From: a virus
Lineage: Duplodnaviria > Caudoviricetes
Reading direction: 5' to 3' (one strand)
Length of the DNA: 54,617 nucleotides
Virus record (IMG/VR): IMGVR_UViG_3300033146_001808
Location: 1-54,617 of that record
Of the stretch, positions 28,697 through 43,600 are shown piece by piece; positions within the stretch are counted from its first letter, which is position 1, and each line of letters opens with the position of its first letter. Both the position numbers and the translations under genes were made by a program. Under the pieces are notes generated by a model. That model saw nothing but the letters and a program-made list of their open reading frames with translations, did no database searches and had not been told where the DNA came from.

Positions 28697-31600
28697 ATGA
28701 GTGATGAAATAAAGAATAGCGGTAATACTCCTGATGGAGGAGAAACTAAAAAACAAAAATCACCTGTACATGCTGGACCCCCTCAACAAGAAGGGGATCC
28801 AGATTTTGGGTTTATGGCATTGCAACAAAAAGGTGTTACTTCTGGAGATATGGGAAACTCTTCTTTTGTAGATAAGATTTATCTTGAAGATAGAGATAAG
28901 TTTGTTGGAAAATTAATAGAAGGTGGAGCTGATGAAGAGCAAGCTAATGTATTTTATGATGCAAAGCGTAATGAGTATGAGGGTTTAAAAAATGGATTTT
29001 ACACTAACGATGATGCTACAGACCTTAATGCAATGGAATACGGTCAGACATCAGTAGGAGCGTTTAAGAAGGACTTATACAATTCTTATTCTCAGAATAC
29101 GTCAATGGGTGCAAAAGGTTTTAAAGTAGCTAATTCTTATTCGTATTTAGATAGAAGTATTTTTAAATATAAAGATCAGAAAACTGGTAAGATGATAGAG
29201 AAGCCTTTATCGAGATATGATGCTTCTACAGATCCTAGTTTAGTAATAGATAAGGGTTCTGATGGAATGCCTTTTATTCGTCAATTACAAGCAGGAGAAA
29301 ATCATTATGAATTTGAAACTTATCATACTGGATTCCTTTGGAAAGATGAGCATAATGTTTATGGAGGAAATGCTTTAGAAGATGCTACATTAGGATTCAT
29401 ATCAGGTTTTACAACATTGCCAGGGAGAATAATTGCTGGAGGTGGTGCTGTTATTACAAGTGCTATATTTGGAGAGCCTACTGATAAAGATGGTACATTA
29501 CAAGATGTATATGATTTCTGGGATGATGCTACCAATATGGCTGACAGATTACAATACAGACCTTCTGATGAGGTTATGGAGGGTGGTTTTACAGGAAGCT
29601 TTGGAAGTTTTGCTTATGCTATGGGTAATGGTGTTGGAGAAATGGCAATGCAAATAGTGATGGCGACTGCAACAATGGGAGGTTCTTTAGAAGTTGGATT
29701 AGGTACAGGAGCATTAAGAGCTTTGGCTAAAAGAACTTTGATAAAAGAAGGAATGGAAGTTGGCGCAAAGAAAGCTATTGTTGAAGGATTAAAATATGTA
29801 GGAAAGAAAAATCTTGATGATGTAGGTAAAGCGGCTATTGCTGCAATGGACTCAGCATTAAAGAAAAGTGCTGGAACAGCAGTAGAGCAAGCGTTATCAA
29901 AAGCTGTAATGAATAAATCATTAATTGGTAAGGCTGGTAACTTCATGAATAATTATGGTGTTATAGGAGGCTTACAATCAAGTGGAGCTGTATTTGATGG
30001 AGCAATGCGTAATGGATTAGATAAGCGGTCTGCTGCAGGCTTAGCTATAGGAGCTGGAGCTATTACTTATGCTACAGAGAAAATGTTTTCTTCTGGGTAT
30101 TTAAACAGTATGATGGGAGCTGCAGATTTAGATAAAGCTGCAAGTAAATTTCTTATTAAAGAATTTGGAGCAACATCAAAAGAAGCTTTAGAAACTACTA
30201 TTACTAAAATGGGTAAAACAGCTCTTAAAGGTCCTAATGCAGTAGGTAGAATGACTACTAATTATACTGCAAAGATGATTAAGAAGTTTGCTGATAAAAA
30301 TGGAATAGGATATAAAGCTGCAAAAAAAATTCTTGGTAAAGCAAGAAAGGTACGTGATTTAGGAGATAAAACTATTGGTAAAGTAGCTACAACTATTGAT
30401 AAAATGACTACTGGCATTAATAAAGCAGAGCAAGATTGGGTAAAGAAAAATTATCTTGATGGACGAATGAATGTGCCTAATATTATTAAAGGTATGTTTG
30501 GTGAAGGTACACAAGAGGCTTCTGAAGAAGTTGGTAATATAGGACTTAATTGGGCTCATGATAATTTAAAGATGTCTTTTGGTGGTGGTACTATGGAAGA
30601 GTATCGAAAGAAAAAAGGATATATGGGTTACTTGTCTTTTAGAGATGAGGTTCTATCTTCTGCAACTGCTAATAATATATTTCAGAATTTTATTGGTGGT
30701 TTTGCTATTGGTGGATTTATGGCTGGTGTTAGTAAAACACAAGGTAATGGATATGCTGATGCTGATAATGCATTATTTGATATGGCTGCTCAAAGAGGTG
30801 AGTCAGAAAAATTAATGAAATCATTTTATGGTAAATGGAAAAATACAAATGCTAAAGCTTATGGTTCTACTGATCATGATTTAAGTATGAAAGTATTAAC
30901 TCATACAGATGATAATTCTCCTACAGTTAAAGTTGAAGAGGATTTTAGTTCTTATGGATTAGAGCAAGGCATGGAGCTTAAAACACAAGCTGATGTTAAT
31001 TATTATAATATACTTAAACAAATTAAATATTCTGAAAAGTTATATGAGGAAACTGGATTTACTCCAGGTTATCTTGATAAATTTAAAGGTCAAGAAAGTT
31101 TGTTTGAAAACGGAATGCAAATCTTTAGAGATTTAGATGAACTTAAAAAGAGTGCTGTTAAAACACAAGCTAAACTTAAAGATGAAAAGATCACTCCAGA
31201 ACAAAAGGAACAATTAGAGAAAGAATTGGCTCAATATGGAGAAGCTGAAAAGGTAATGCAAGAACGCTTTGATTATCTTATGAAGCCACAAGCTAATGGT
31301 TTTAGTAAAGCTTATGATGATACTTATAAGAATTCATTAGCATTAATGGAATTAGCCAATGATGAGGCTTTTTCTAATATGAAAGCTAATTATGAAAATG
31401 AAGGTAAGAAGTTTCCTGATAAATTAGGAAAGAAAGAACTTGAAGAGTTTCATAAATTAAGAGATAAATCATTAGGAGAGAATTTACAAAAGAGTTTTTA
31501 TCATGATATGATTAACTCTATTCGTTCTGTTAATGAATTTACTGATTCAAGAATTGAGAGAGCTAAAAAATTACTTGAAGATTCTAATATTAATGATGAA

Positions 31601-34600
31601 CAGAAATCAGAGCTTGATGGCATAATCGAAGATTTTGGAGCTACTTCTAATGACTATAAAAAGTCAATGGCTGATATTGATTCTAATTTAAAAATAGAAG
31701 CAGGAAAACTTAATAGCATGAAAGCAGAAGATGGTCCTTTTGATTCAAGTGCTATTACTGCATTATTAGATAGTCGTGTTAAACAACAGACTAACATGAC
31801 TACTAAATTAACCTCACAACTTTCTTCATTAGGAAAGTTTGCTGGTTTAGCATCATCAAATAAAGAGATTAGTTCTATAATGGATGATTTCACTAATGAA
31901 GCTGAAAACATTTTTTCTTCTATTAGAGATGATAATAAGTTCATGACTAAAGATGTAGTTAATGAAGAATTTGGAATCACTGAAAAAAAATCATTACCAA
32001 TAAAAAACACTTTTGCTAGAGTTGTAGGACTTAATGCACAGGATGAAAATGGTGAGATGGTTAATGTAGGTAATGCTTCAATAGAAGAGTTATCACAACA
32101 ATTAAGGATAAGTGGTACTAATGTAATAGATGTTTTTAATGCAGGTAGAATAGCTTCTGATGAAAATTTTAAAGAAGCAACTCGTATAGCTAAACAATCG
32201 GAGACAGAGGAGGGTCGTATTGCATTATTAAATGAAACTTATGAGTTAGTATATAAAAGTCATCTAGATTCCTTAGAAGCTTCTAAAGAGAATGATTATA
32301 ATGAAAATTTAATTAGTCTTATACAAGAAACAGAAGGAGTATTAAAGGATTTAGAATTAGCTAAGAAATCTTTGCTTGTTCGTAATAGAGTGTTTTATGA
32401 TATGACTCTTGATACTGATAAAGAAATTCATAGAGATCCTAAAGTAGATGTTCCATTAGATGATAAGTCTTATAATGAAATTTTAGAAAAAGTTAATCAA
32501 GCTGAAATTGATATTAAAGGGCATTTAGAAAACATGAAAAATGCTGCAGGAATTAGAGATTCTTATTTCGCTATAGAAAGACATACTACTACTATTCAAA
32601 ATAAGCATTCTTTATCTATCATAGTAGATGATGAATCGTTAAAGGATAAAGAGTGGGCTAAAGATATAGCTGAGAAGCTTGATAAGATTGAATTACCTCA
32701 TGTTGATATGGATGCTTATGGAACTGGATTAAGTAGTGAGGAACAAATTAAAATCGATAAGGCAGAGAAAGAGATAATGGGTTTAATGCAAATTATTCAT
32801 GATAATAGAAACGATATTAAATCGAAAGCTGTATTATCAAGTATATTGAAAAATTCTGTATTAGATGCAAATGCTATTACTAAATTTGGAGAACCTAGTG
32901 GAAAGAATTATTTAAAAGGAGCTGTTATTTTAGGCAAAAGAAAAATCGACATAATGAAACCATTAGTTTCGGAATCTAGTGATGTTAATTCTTTTACTTG
33001 TGTAACTAAAAACCCTTTTATAAATCAATTAAATTATGTTCATTTTGTTAACTTTTTAGTAACGAATTTATCAGATGTAAATCCTAAAGATATAGCTAGT
33101 ATTCGATACACAGTAAATGAAATGTTTTCTGATAATGATAAAATAGCTTTTTCTTCTACAGAACAATTAATGCAAGAAAATGCAGCTTTAGCTTTCCTTA
33201 ATGGAGGGGATGCTATCTTTAATGATATAATGAAGATAGAAGATGAAGCTCATAAAGATGTTGGTGTAGATATTAGACCTAGTTTTAACAATAAGCCCGG
33301 GTTTATGTTTTTAACTGGAGATGCTCAGACTGGTAAATCTGTTCAAATGACTCCTCAAATAGTTTTATTTAACTCTATATTAAATAAAGGTACTGATGGA
33401 GAACAACAAAATTATATGTTTGTAGGACTTAATGAAGAAGTTGTTTCTCATTTTAAAGATGAGATAGAGCAAATACATTTAGTTCAAGAGAAACTTGGTT
33501 TACAAAAAAGTGGAATGCAAGCAATGAAACATAATGATTTAATAACTAATGTTTCAAAAGATGATGTTAAGAATACTGTATTGATTGTTGATGAAGCAAC
33601 TATATTGTCTAATTCAGATATCAATAAGATTGCAAATATAACTGGAGATAGCAGAAAAGTTATGTTTGTGGGAGATGCTACACAAATGCCTGATTTTTTA
33701 AGTACTGATGCTACAGGTTTTTCTGATGCTTCTTCAATAGGTTTCCTAACAGTACCTACACAAAGAAAATTTGCTTCTAAAAATCCTGTATTAACTAATT
33801 TAATGGATTCTATTATTGGTAGTTTGAATGGTAATGGTTATAATAAATTTGCTCCAGCATGGAATGAAATTGATTCTAAGACAGGATTACGTTCTGGTAC
33901 TGAATATAAATCTACTACTGATGATATTTTCAAATCATTTAAAGAAAGAATAGATGCAGCTAAAGATGATATTGATCCTTCAGATGTTGGTTTATTATTT
34001 TTAAGTGAAAAGCATTATGAAGATTATAAGGCTTCTAATCCTGATGTGGAAAATTACGAAAAATATGTAGCTGTATTAGGTCACGATAAGACAGTAAAAG
34101 ATAAGAAATTTGAATCTATTCAAGGAGGTCGTAGGGGAGAAATTTATATAATGTTTGATGGTGATATGAGAAATTTTCAAGCTTACGCTAAGAAGAATAT
34201 TTTATATCCACAAAAATTAGCTAAATCAGCTTTATACACTATGGCTGGTAGAGCTTCTAGTTTTATTTCAATGGTTAGTGACGAATCTAATATAGCAGTT
34301 AAAAGGCCTGCTAATTTTAATTCTGATCCAGAAATACTAGAAGGTATTAAAAACAAAAATGAAATACAGCAGTATCTTAAAGATATAATGAATGCTGAAA
34401 AAGTTAAGGATTTAAAAGAACAAAAGATTAATGATGATGGAGAAGTTGATGATGATAGCGATAGCCCATTAAAAGAGACCGTTGAAAGGCGTGCTGTAAT
34501 AAATAAGATAGATGATATCAGAATTAAAACAAAGGATCTTAAATCTATTGATAAAGCTGATGGTAGTGGAGAAGAAAATTATTATGAAGGGAAGCTTAAT

Positions 34601-37600
34601 GGTAAAACTGTAAAAGTCCTTAGAACAACTTCTGTTGTTTCTAAATATGGAATAGATTTTCAATCTGTTATTGATTTTAATAATGGAAAAGACACATCAA
34701 AACCATCACTAGCTTTTTACAGTAAGCTTGGTCGTTCTGTTGACCTTATATTCAGAACAATAATGGATTCTAATAATAGGAATGTAGAATTTGAAGAAGT
34801 GGTTAAAGTTTTATCTGATGCTGATTTATATACTCATGATTTTGGTGGAAATAAAATTGATTTATATGGAAAGAATCCTGATCAAGTGATTCAAGATATA
34901 ATGAAGTATCTATTGGAAATTAAAACTGAGATAGAAGCTAAAGGCGAGTATCTTATTCCACTTGATACTAAATTAGCAACTACAGATATTGATATTAAAG
35001 ATTTTGATGGTGTTTCTGGAACTCCTGATTTAATGACAGTAGATGAGAAAGGTGTTGTTAGGATTTATGATTTAAAGAATAAGAAAGATGATAATGATTT
35101 ATCTAAAGGTTCTCAATATAATCATGAAGGAGCATCTGATATAATTCATTATACTAATCAAATTAGTGGTTATAAAGAGCTTTTGAAATCAATGGATGAT
35201 GAATTAAATATATCTAATGAAATGGGTTTAATTATTCATAGATATAAAGGTGATCCACCTAATAGTAAATCTAATAATGGAATGCGTAAATCAGTAAAGG
35301 TTGAGATTATACCTCTTACATATAAGCAAACTAATATAGGGCAAGCTATAGAAGATTTTAATAATAGAAAGATTAATAATCAATCGATATTATCATATCC
35401 AGATACGACTTCTATTAATGGTCAAGAAATAACTATTGGAGAAATTTATTCTGATAATAATAATATAGTTAAAGTTGATAAAATAATTGTTGATGAAGAT
35501 GGTAATGTTAGTATTTCAATTAGTGGAAAAGTTTTTGGTGGAGAAGAATTCTTAAATAAATACAGTTTATTTACACCTACTCACTCTCCAGTTATAGTAA
35601 GTAGTCACAAAGGTAAATCAATAACAGGAGAGCCTGCCGCGGTGTATTCTGCGAGCATATTTGCTGAACATAACGGAGCTTTATATTCAACTCCTGTTTC
35701 AATAGTTGTTGGAAAATCTGATTTCATTAAATTTAATGGACTTAAAATCTATGACTCTAAAAACAAAACAGAAAGTAAGGCTTTATCTATTGATGCTATT
35801 AAAGAAAAGATAATAAAAATCAAAGAAAAACTTGCTAATAGTGATGCTAAAAGAAAACTCGTTTATAAAGAAACTCAAAAATCTGCTGATAATAAAAATG
35901 ATTATAAGGGAGTGTTTGTGACAGAAGTTGAAGGAGATCTTAGTGATTATTTAGCTTCTAATTTAGAAAGAGCTGATACTGATTTTATAGATTCAATGAT
36001 AAAAATTGATAGAGACTTGACTAATGAAATCTTTACTCATATATCTACATTTGGATTACCAAATAGTTTTGATAAAAAACAAAATAAATGGGTTTCGTTT
36101 GATCCATTTCTAATGACAGACAAAGAGTTTAATGATTCTCTAACTGCTATTAAAGAAAGTGTTGATAATAGCGTTACAAGTGAGGATTTAGACAATTTAA
36201 TAGCTTATAACTTCGAGTTATGGAATATGCACAAGGTAGCTAGAGCAAGTAAAGCTAATGCTGTTAATGGAAGAATTGATTTCGGTACAATTAAATTAGC
36301 AACTAATTTAGATAGTCATATTATACAAAGGAAAGGCAACAGGCTTATTTCTATGAAAGAGTTTTCTGAAAATATTGATGATACTGATTTTAGTGTTGAT
36401 AGTAATACTCAATTAGAATTTAAGAAAGTGACCGGAACAGATGATGAACATGTTTTAGTATTAGAATTATTTAAGAATGGTGCTCCTTCTGGAGAGAGTA
36501 TTAGTGTTGTTACACCATTTGTTGGAGGAAAAAATCAAAGATTTAAAAGATTACTTGTTGATGAACTTGAAATGTATGAGAATGGAGATAATGAATCACA
36601 CCCATTTAAAACTTTTGCTCATAATTTAGTTTTAAATAATAGAACTAATTTTAAGGAACTTATTAAAAATGACAAGACAGCTCCTAAAGAGTTTAAGAAC
36701 ATCATATTTGATGATGAGAATAACAAGGTTGTTTATCATGGTAATGTAGCTTCTAAATTAAGAGAAGAAACAGAGAATAATACACTTATTGCTTTAATTA
36801 AATATTTGAAAGAAGATAAAGTAATTAGCAAGATGTATGTTCCTAAAAATTATGTTAATATTGATGATTTAAAAACAAACATTGTCGGTATTAATGCTAT
36901 TCCTTCTTATGTTAAGCCTACAAATTCTGAATTTATTCATGCTGATATTAAATCTACAATAGAAAGTTTAGATAATCCTAAGCCTCCTGTTAATAGTGGT
37001 AGCCAGAATGGAAGTAGAAGCGGTGGTCGAAGAAGTGCTATTAATAGATTTGGTAAGATAGAATCACAAACGGAAGCTGAGGCTAGAGTTGTAGTTTCTA
37101 AAATACTTGGTGAAGAATATGCTGATAAATGGTTAGGCTTTGAGAGAAGTTTGAAGTATGATGAAGTTGAAGTATTTGGATTAATGGCTAATGGTCGTAT
37201 AAAATTAAGTATTAATAAAGGTAAAGTTAATAAACTTACTGCAAGACATGAGATGTTTCACGTTGTTGATGATTATATTCTTAATGATAATACTAAAAAA
37301 CTTATTTATCAAGAAGTAAGAGATAATGTTCCAGCTTTAAAAAATTCATCTATAGATGATATTAAAGAGTTCTTGGCAGATTGGTATTCTGTACATGGAC
37401 AAGCTCAACAAGAGGGCTTAATTGATTCTGAATACATAGAGAAGTATGGTGCTTTATTAAATATGATTCAAGATAATTATAATATTTTTTCTGGAAAGAT
37501 CGCTCAATTATTTAATGACATTGAAGAAGGTAAATTCCAAAAGCCTGTTTCTGATTTATTAGGTAATGCTATTATTGATAATAATAATATTAGATTAAGT

Positions 37601-40600
37601 AAAAAAGGAACTCATAAAAAGAAAAGGCGAGAATGGAAGAATAATAAAAATCATAATCAGAACACTAATACAATAGGTAGTCAATTGTCTGATGAAGATA
37701 TTGCTAAATTAAAAGAGCGTCAAGAACGTAAAGTTAGAATAGAAGACCAAGTTAAGGTTCAAACTAGAGTTGAATTAGAAGAAGATGCCAAGGTTGTTTT
37801 GGATAGATTGTTTGGTAAAAACGCTAGATTATTACAAAAAGCAACGCAAGAAGTAATTGCTATATTTGGTTCTGAAACTAATCTTAATGGTAAAGATAGG
37901 ACCATTAATGATTTAATTCAAAATTTAACTAATGATACATTAGGTGTTGGATTTAATTCTAGATTTATTTTTAATGAATCATATAATAGAGAAATAGTTT
38001 TAGATAAAATTAATGATGCTGGTGAGAATATAGTTAAGCATACTTTAGATATTAAGAGTAGTGATTTCCCATTTATTAAGGATGATGATGATTTTGCTGC
38101 AGTATTAGTAATGCAAATATCTAATAGTATTCCATTAGCAAATGCTTTTTTACAAAGGGTTTTTCCTCATTATAATATGAAATCTAAAACGATAGCTGGA
38201 TTTACATCTTTACAATACACGAATAAAGAATCGGTACCAGGATCAGCAGTTCAAGATATGGCGAATTTTGCTTATGCTAATATTCCATTTGTAAATAGAG
38301 ATGAGAATGGGCCTTATTTATCAATTACTAATTTACCAGCTACGGAAGCTAAGAATATTCTTAGAGAGGCAGCAAAGATTGCAAGTGGTTTTTCTAATTC
38401 CAATACTACTTATTTCGAGGACATAGAAGAAGCGTTATATTCAATGAAACCTAATGATGGTTCTGCTAAAGATATTGCTTTAGATAGCATCTTACGTAAG
38501 CTTGTTGTGGGTTATGATAATTTAAGAGGTAATTCAGGTAATTTGAATACTTGGTTAGGTTCTTATAATGAAGTTTTAAATACAGATAATTTTGGAGAGA
38601 TAAAGCCAAGCCAACATGAATTTAATGCTTTAGCTGATGCTATGTTTTCTGATTTAGTAAGTTATGTTGATAGTCCTAAGATTAGAGCTAAATTTACTGA
38701 TAATGGAGAACATTATATTATGCTTGATAATTCTACTGCTTCAAACGATAAGCATATTTTAAAGGACAATATCGCTTCTAATCTTTATGCTAATGATAGT
38801 TTAAAAGAAGTTGTTATAAATACTACATCTAAAGAATCAGCATTAAATTCTGATAAGTTGAAATATAGATTTGAAACTGATGGCCTTTATCAAGAACAAA
38901 CTTTATTATTGAATGATATAGGTAATGGATATAGTTTTGCTAAAGTTGATAGTGGTGTTATAAGAACTCTTACTAAAATTGTTGGTCTTTCTAATTTAAG
39001 AACAGATGTATTTGAGAGATTAGCAAATAATAATGGAAAAGTGTCTAAAGTTAAAGGCTTTAAAAATGATGGTATTTCTATTGATCCTAATATGACTATT
39101 AGTGAATTGATAGCTACAACTTTTGGTAACTTTTATGAGGTTGTTCAATTGCAATCAAGAGTAGAGAGAGAATTATTGGCTTTTGCTGATGAGCAAACTA
39201 AAAATAATGAAGAACTTAGTGCTATACTAGCTGATTCAGATCCTTCAAAATTACCTACTCATCAATTAGCTCAATATGAGGCTTATTATGATGGTCGTAA
39301 TGAAATAATTAAAAATGTTTATGAATCGACATCTTCTAATCTTAAAGAATTTAATTCATCTATAAATCTTAAAGTTGGTAATCAGAATATAGATACAGTA
39401 GCTCAAATTGTTGATATTAATAATGGTGTTAATCCAAATGAAGCTAGATATCCTAAGATTACAGATTACTTTAATCATATAGATATGCTTGCTAAATTAA
39501 ATAATAATGATTTAGTAGCTTATTCTTCAAGAACTCAATATATAGCTAATAAAGCTTTTTATTCTTTAACAAAAAGTAATAGAATAGAAGCTGTATCTAT
39601 TAATGATACTAACACTATGGCTGGTATTGATAAAGTAGGTAAGCATGAGCTTGTAAATACTCATAGGTCTAAGATATTAAATAAGAAGTATAATGCTCTT
39701 AAAAAAGCTGAGAGAGTTAAATCATCAGTCTTTAATGAGAATGGTACAACGAATATCCCTTTTATTAGTACTAATAAGGATAAAGCTTTATTTGGATTTG
39801 AAGGAGTAGTACTTGTTCCTGGTATTGAGAATGAATATACTGCTGTTGATAGTATGAATCCTCATGATTACATGCAATTGACAATGGGTTTATTCTTAAA
39901 CAAATTGAATGATACTGGTGGTAAAGATATTTATTTACCATTAGGTCACTCTTCAAGAACTTATTTTGCTAAATCTAAATTTCATAAAGCTGATTCTCCT
40001 TTTACTGTAAAGATTGAAGGAGATAAGTTAGTAGATTTTCAAATTGATAAAAATAAGTTTGTTCCTATTCTTAAAAAGAATTTTAATTATAGTAATAAAT
40101 TAGCAGAGAATTCTAGGAATAGATGGAGGGAATATTTAAAAGATAGTCCTGTATTTGATAAGGAAGTTAATGATTTAATAAATAGTGATATTCCTGTTTC
40201 TTCTAGTAAGTATGATATTCTTAAAAAGAAATCTAGAATTATAACCACATTGGGCGAAAGTCATAGTGAGAATGAGCTTTTAGATATGCCAGGGATGAAA
40301 CGTATTCGTAATTCTGGATTAATAGAAAATAGTGATTATTATATAGCTAGTAAAACAAATGAAGATACTGGAGCTATTAGTTATTTCTTAGAATTTGGTA
40401 ATGAAATTAATTTCGAGACTTTTAAAAGTAATAAAGATGTTGAGGAAAGAGATGGCATTAATGAGAATAGTTTAATCTATACTAGATCTAATTATAGATT
40501 ATTATTTAAAAATAGAAATGGTAGAGTATCTGAAGAGACATTTGATTTAATTATGCAAGAAGAAATGAAGCATAATAAAGAATTAAGTAATCTATTAGAT

Positions 40601-43600
40601 AAAGATTCTTATGGTATTGATGACTTTTATAAAAACTGGTTAAAGAAAAATCATCCTAATTCTTCTCAAACAAGTAAGCTTAGTGCTAAGACAGTTAAGA
40701 AAGATAAAGATGGTAAAGTTGTAAGTACTAAATATCATTATAATCCAGTATATCAAGGATTAGCTTTAGCGAATTCAATTTTAATGCCATCAATTCATAG
40801 ATCTATTGCAGGAAATGAAACTGGATTTAAACATTTTGGAGATTTCACTAAGAGGTATGATCCTAATAAGACTCCTACAAGTGGAATTATGAAAACTAAA
40901 GATGGCCTTGGTAGTAAGTTTAATGTAATTATAATGAATGATACTACATTAGGAGTAATACAATATAATATGAGTGGTACTGTTGATAAAAATGATGGTG
41001 GTGCAATTATGTTTGTAGGTTTTGAACAATTAATGCGTAAATCTTATGGAGGAAAGTATTCTTCATTTGATAAAACTGCTTATAAGCCTCTTATTACTGG
41101 AGGAGATGCTATGACAGGTATTAATACACAAATGAAATTTAGTGCTGATGCTTATTCTCCAAGTATATTAAAAAATAATGAAAAATTAAGAGAACAACAA
41201 GAACAGTTATTCGAACAATGGATTAAAGCTTTTGAAAAAGAAATTGATTCTGATCGATTACAAGGTAAAGTTAAGGAATTATATAATGATTTAAAGACTC
41301 GATATCCTAATGATATTCATACTCGTTCTGAACGATTTATTGAAACTTTTACCAATAAAAAAAGAAGACATCTTAGATTTGGAGGTGAAGATTTGACTAC
41401 AACTCAAATTAGAGATATTAATGGATTATTAGATTTAATGAGAGAGAGTGTTATTATGGGTGCTGTACCTACTACTTCTGTTAAAACAGGAGCTTATAAT
41501 ATTACTGCTCATAAATTTGGCAAAGAAAGAGGTGAGGATTTTAATAACATTAAACCTATAGTAGTAGATTCTGATAGATTTGGATTAGTTAATAACTATG
41601 ATCAAGATGTTAGTGAAAATGCTACTGTAGCGGCTCCTAATCAAGCTTTGTCTCATATAGGTGTTGGTAATCCAGAAATCGCATTAGCTGTTAATCAGGC
41701 TATGTCTGGCTTATTGAATGAAGGTATCAATGATTTATATAATGAAATAGGTGTTGATAGAAATCCTAAAAATTGGAAATCTTCTGATATCGATAAATTC
41801 AAAAACTGGATTAGAAAAATTGGATTAGAAAATGCGGAAGCTAATCAAGGAGGTGCTGGTATTGTTGAAATCCTTTCTACTAATGGTAGCCTTGAAACAT
41901 TACAAATAGCACGTAAATTAGAGCAATATTTTGTTTCTAATCTTAATAAACATGTTCAACCAAGGTTTAAAGGTACTCGTTTAATTCAAGGAGATGGTTC
42001 TGAATTTACTATGTATGACGAAAAAGATGCTAATGGGAATGTTATTGGAACATTAACAGAGCAAGATTTAGAAAAACATCTAAAGAAAAACCCTGATTTA
42101 ATTTATGAAAAAAGATTAACTGACCCATTTGCTTTCATGCAACATGATGCAGATGGTAATTTTACACCAGCAGAAGTAGGTACGCAATTTTTATATGCTA
42201 AAACATTTGGTATTAAAGAGGGGGAACAACCTAGAGATGGTTATATATTAACTATGCATAATGGAGCAATGCTCGATTATCATAGCGTTACTTCTAAAGG
42301 CGATAATATAGAAGCTAATGTAAAAGATGGGTTTCAAGTTGGAATGAAAATTAAAATTAGTGATACTCCATTTTTAAGAGTATCGGATTTAGTGAAAGAA
42401 GGTTTTGGAGTTGATGATGGTTATGTTATTTTAACTGATGATAATATTGATGATTATGCAGAAGATTTTGCTGCTTATTTAGAGAATTATCATGAATCAT
42501 TAGAAATTGCATTAACTCGTGTACCTTATGATACAGTTGCTCTTGGTTTTGTTGCTCGTATTACTCAATTCACTTGGGGTAATGGTAGTACTATATATAT
42601 CAATCCTAAAGACAACTTACGTACTGGTGGTGACTTCGATATTGACCAATTAAGTTCTTATCATAATGAGTATGAGCATTACAGTATTAAACCTAAATTT
42701 AATAATAAAGTAGAAACTTCTCAAAGTGCTGCTCATAAGAATACTGTTGTAGATTCTATTAAGAATTATTATAAAAATCCAGAGAATGTAGGTGCTATTT
42801 ATCAAAGTACTGGTGTTGAAGATATCAGACAAGGCATTAAAAAAGGTAAAAAAATGTTTTATGAAAAATATCATAAGAAGCCTAAAAGTGCTGATAATTT
42901 AAGAATACATTCTATAGGTGGAGTTATAGGAATGGAAGAACTAGCTAATGAAGGAGCCAGTGCTGTTTCTATATTTGCTTTGTCGGCATCTTCATTTGGA
43001 GTAATTAATCAATTAGGAGATGTGGACTATATTAGTGATAGTTTCATTAATATGAATAAAGATGAAATGCTATTTAAATCTCAACTTATTGGTGGATTTT
43101 TACAAGCTTCTCTTGATAATAAGAAAGAACTTATTCTTGGAGAATTTAATGTTCCTGCTTCTGCTGATGGGTTATTATTAGGTTTAGCAACAATGGGGCA
43201 TGATTATGATGAGATATATACTATAGTTAATTCTTATGCAGCACAAGAAATGTTTAAGCAATTAAGAGATGCTACTAAGCTTGGTCAAAAGACTAAGAGT
43301 ATCCCTGAATTAATAGTTGAACTTTCTAATTATGTTAATTCTGTTAATCCAGAGAGTATTAAAGATATTGATAGATTTATGAGTGATTCTATTAATGGTC
43401 TTAAAATACCTGATGCTTATAAAAACAGTAAGCAACCAATAGAGGATGCTTATGATGTATTAAGTAATGAGAATTCTACTGTTGAAGAAAAAAGTAAAGC
43501 GGCTGATGCGTTAAGTCGTGTAGCTAGATCTATTTTTGGTCAAAAAATTAAAAATACTAAAAAGCTTGCTGCTTTAAATAAGAAGAAAGAATTGTTAAAT

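Noticed and set aside
28479-30815. Alternative-frame + strand ORFs 28479..28700, 29433..29657 and 30579..30815
   Set aside because: Nested in longer genes; their Leu/Val/Met-rich look is a by-product of Gly/Ala codons in the main frame.
34990-35200. Nuclease motif read as Cas4 of a CRISPR system
   Set aside because: No Fe-S cysteines, no other cas genes, no array; it is a domain inside the virion polyprotein.
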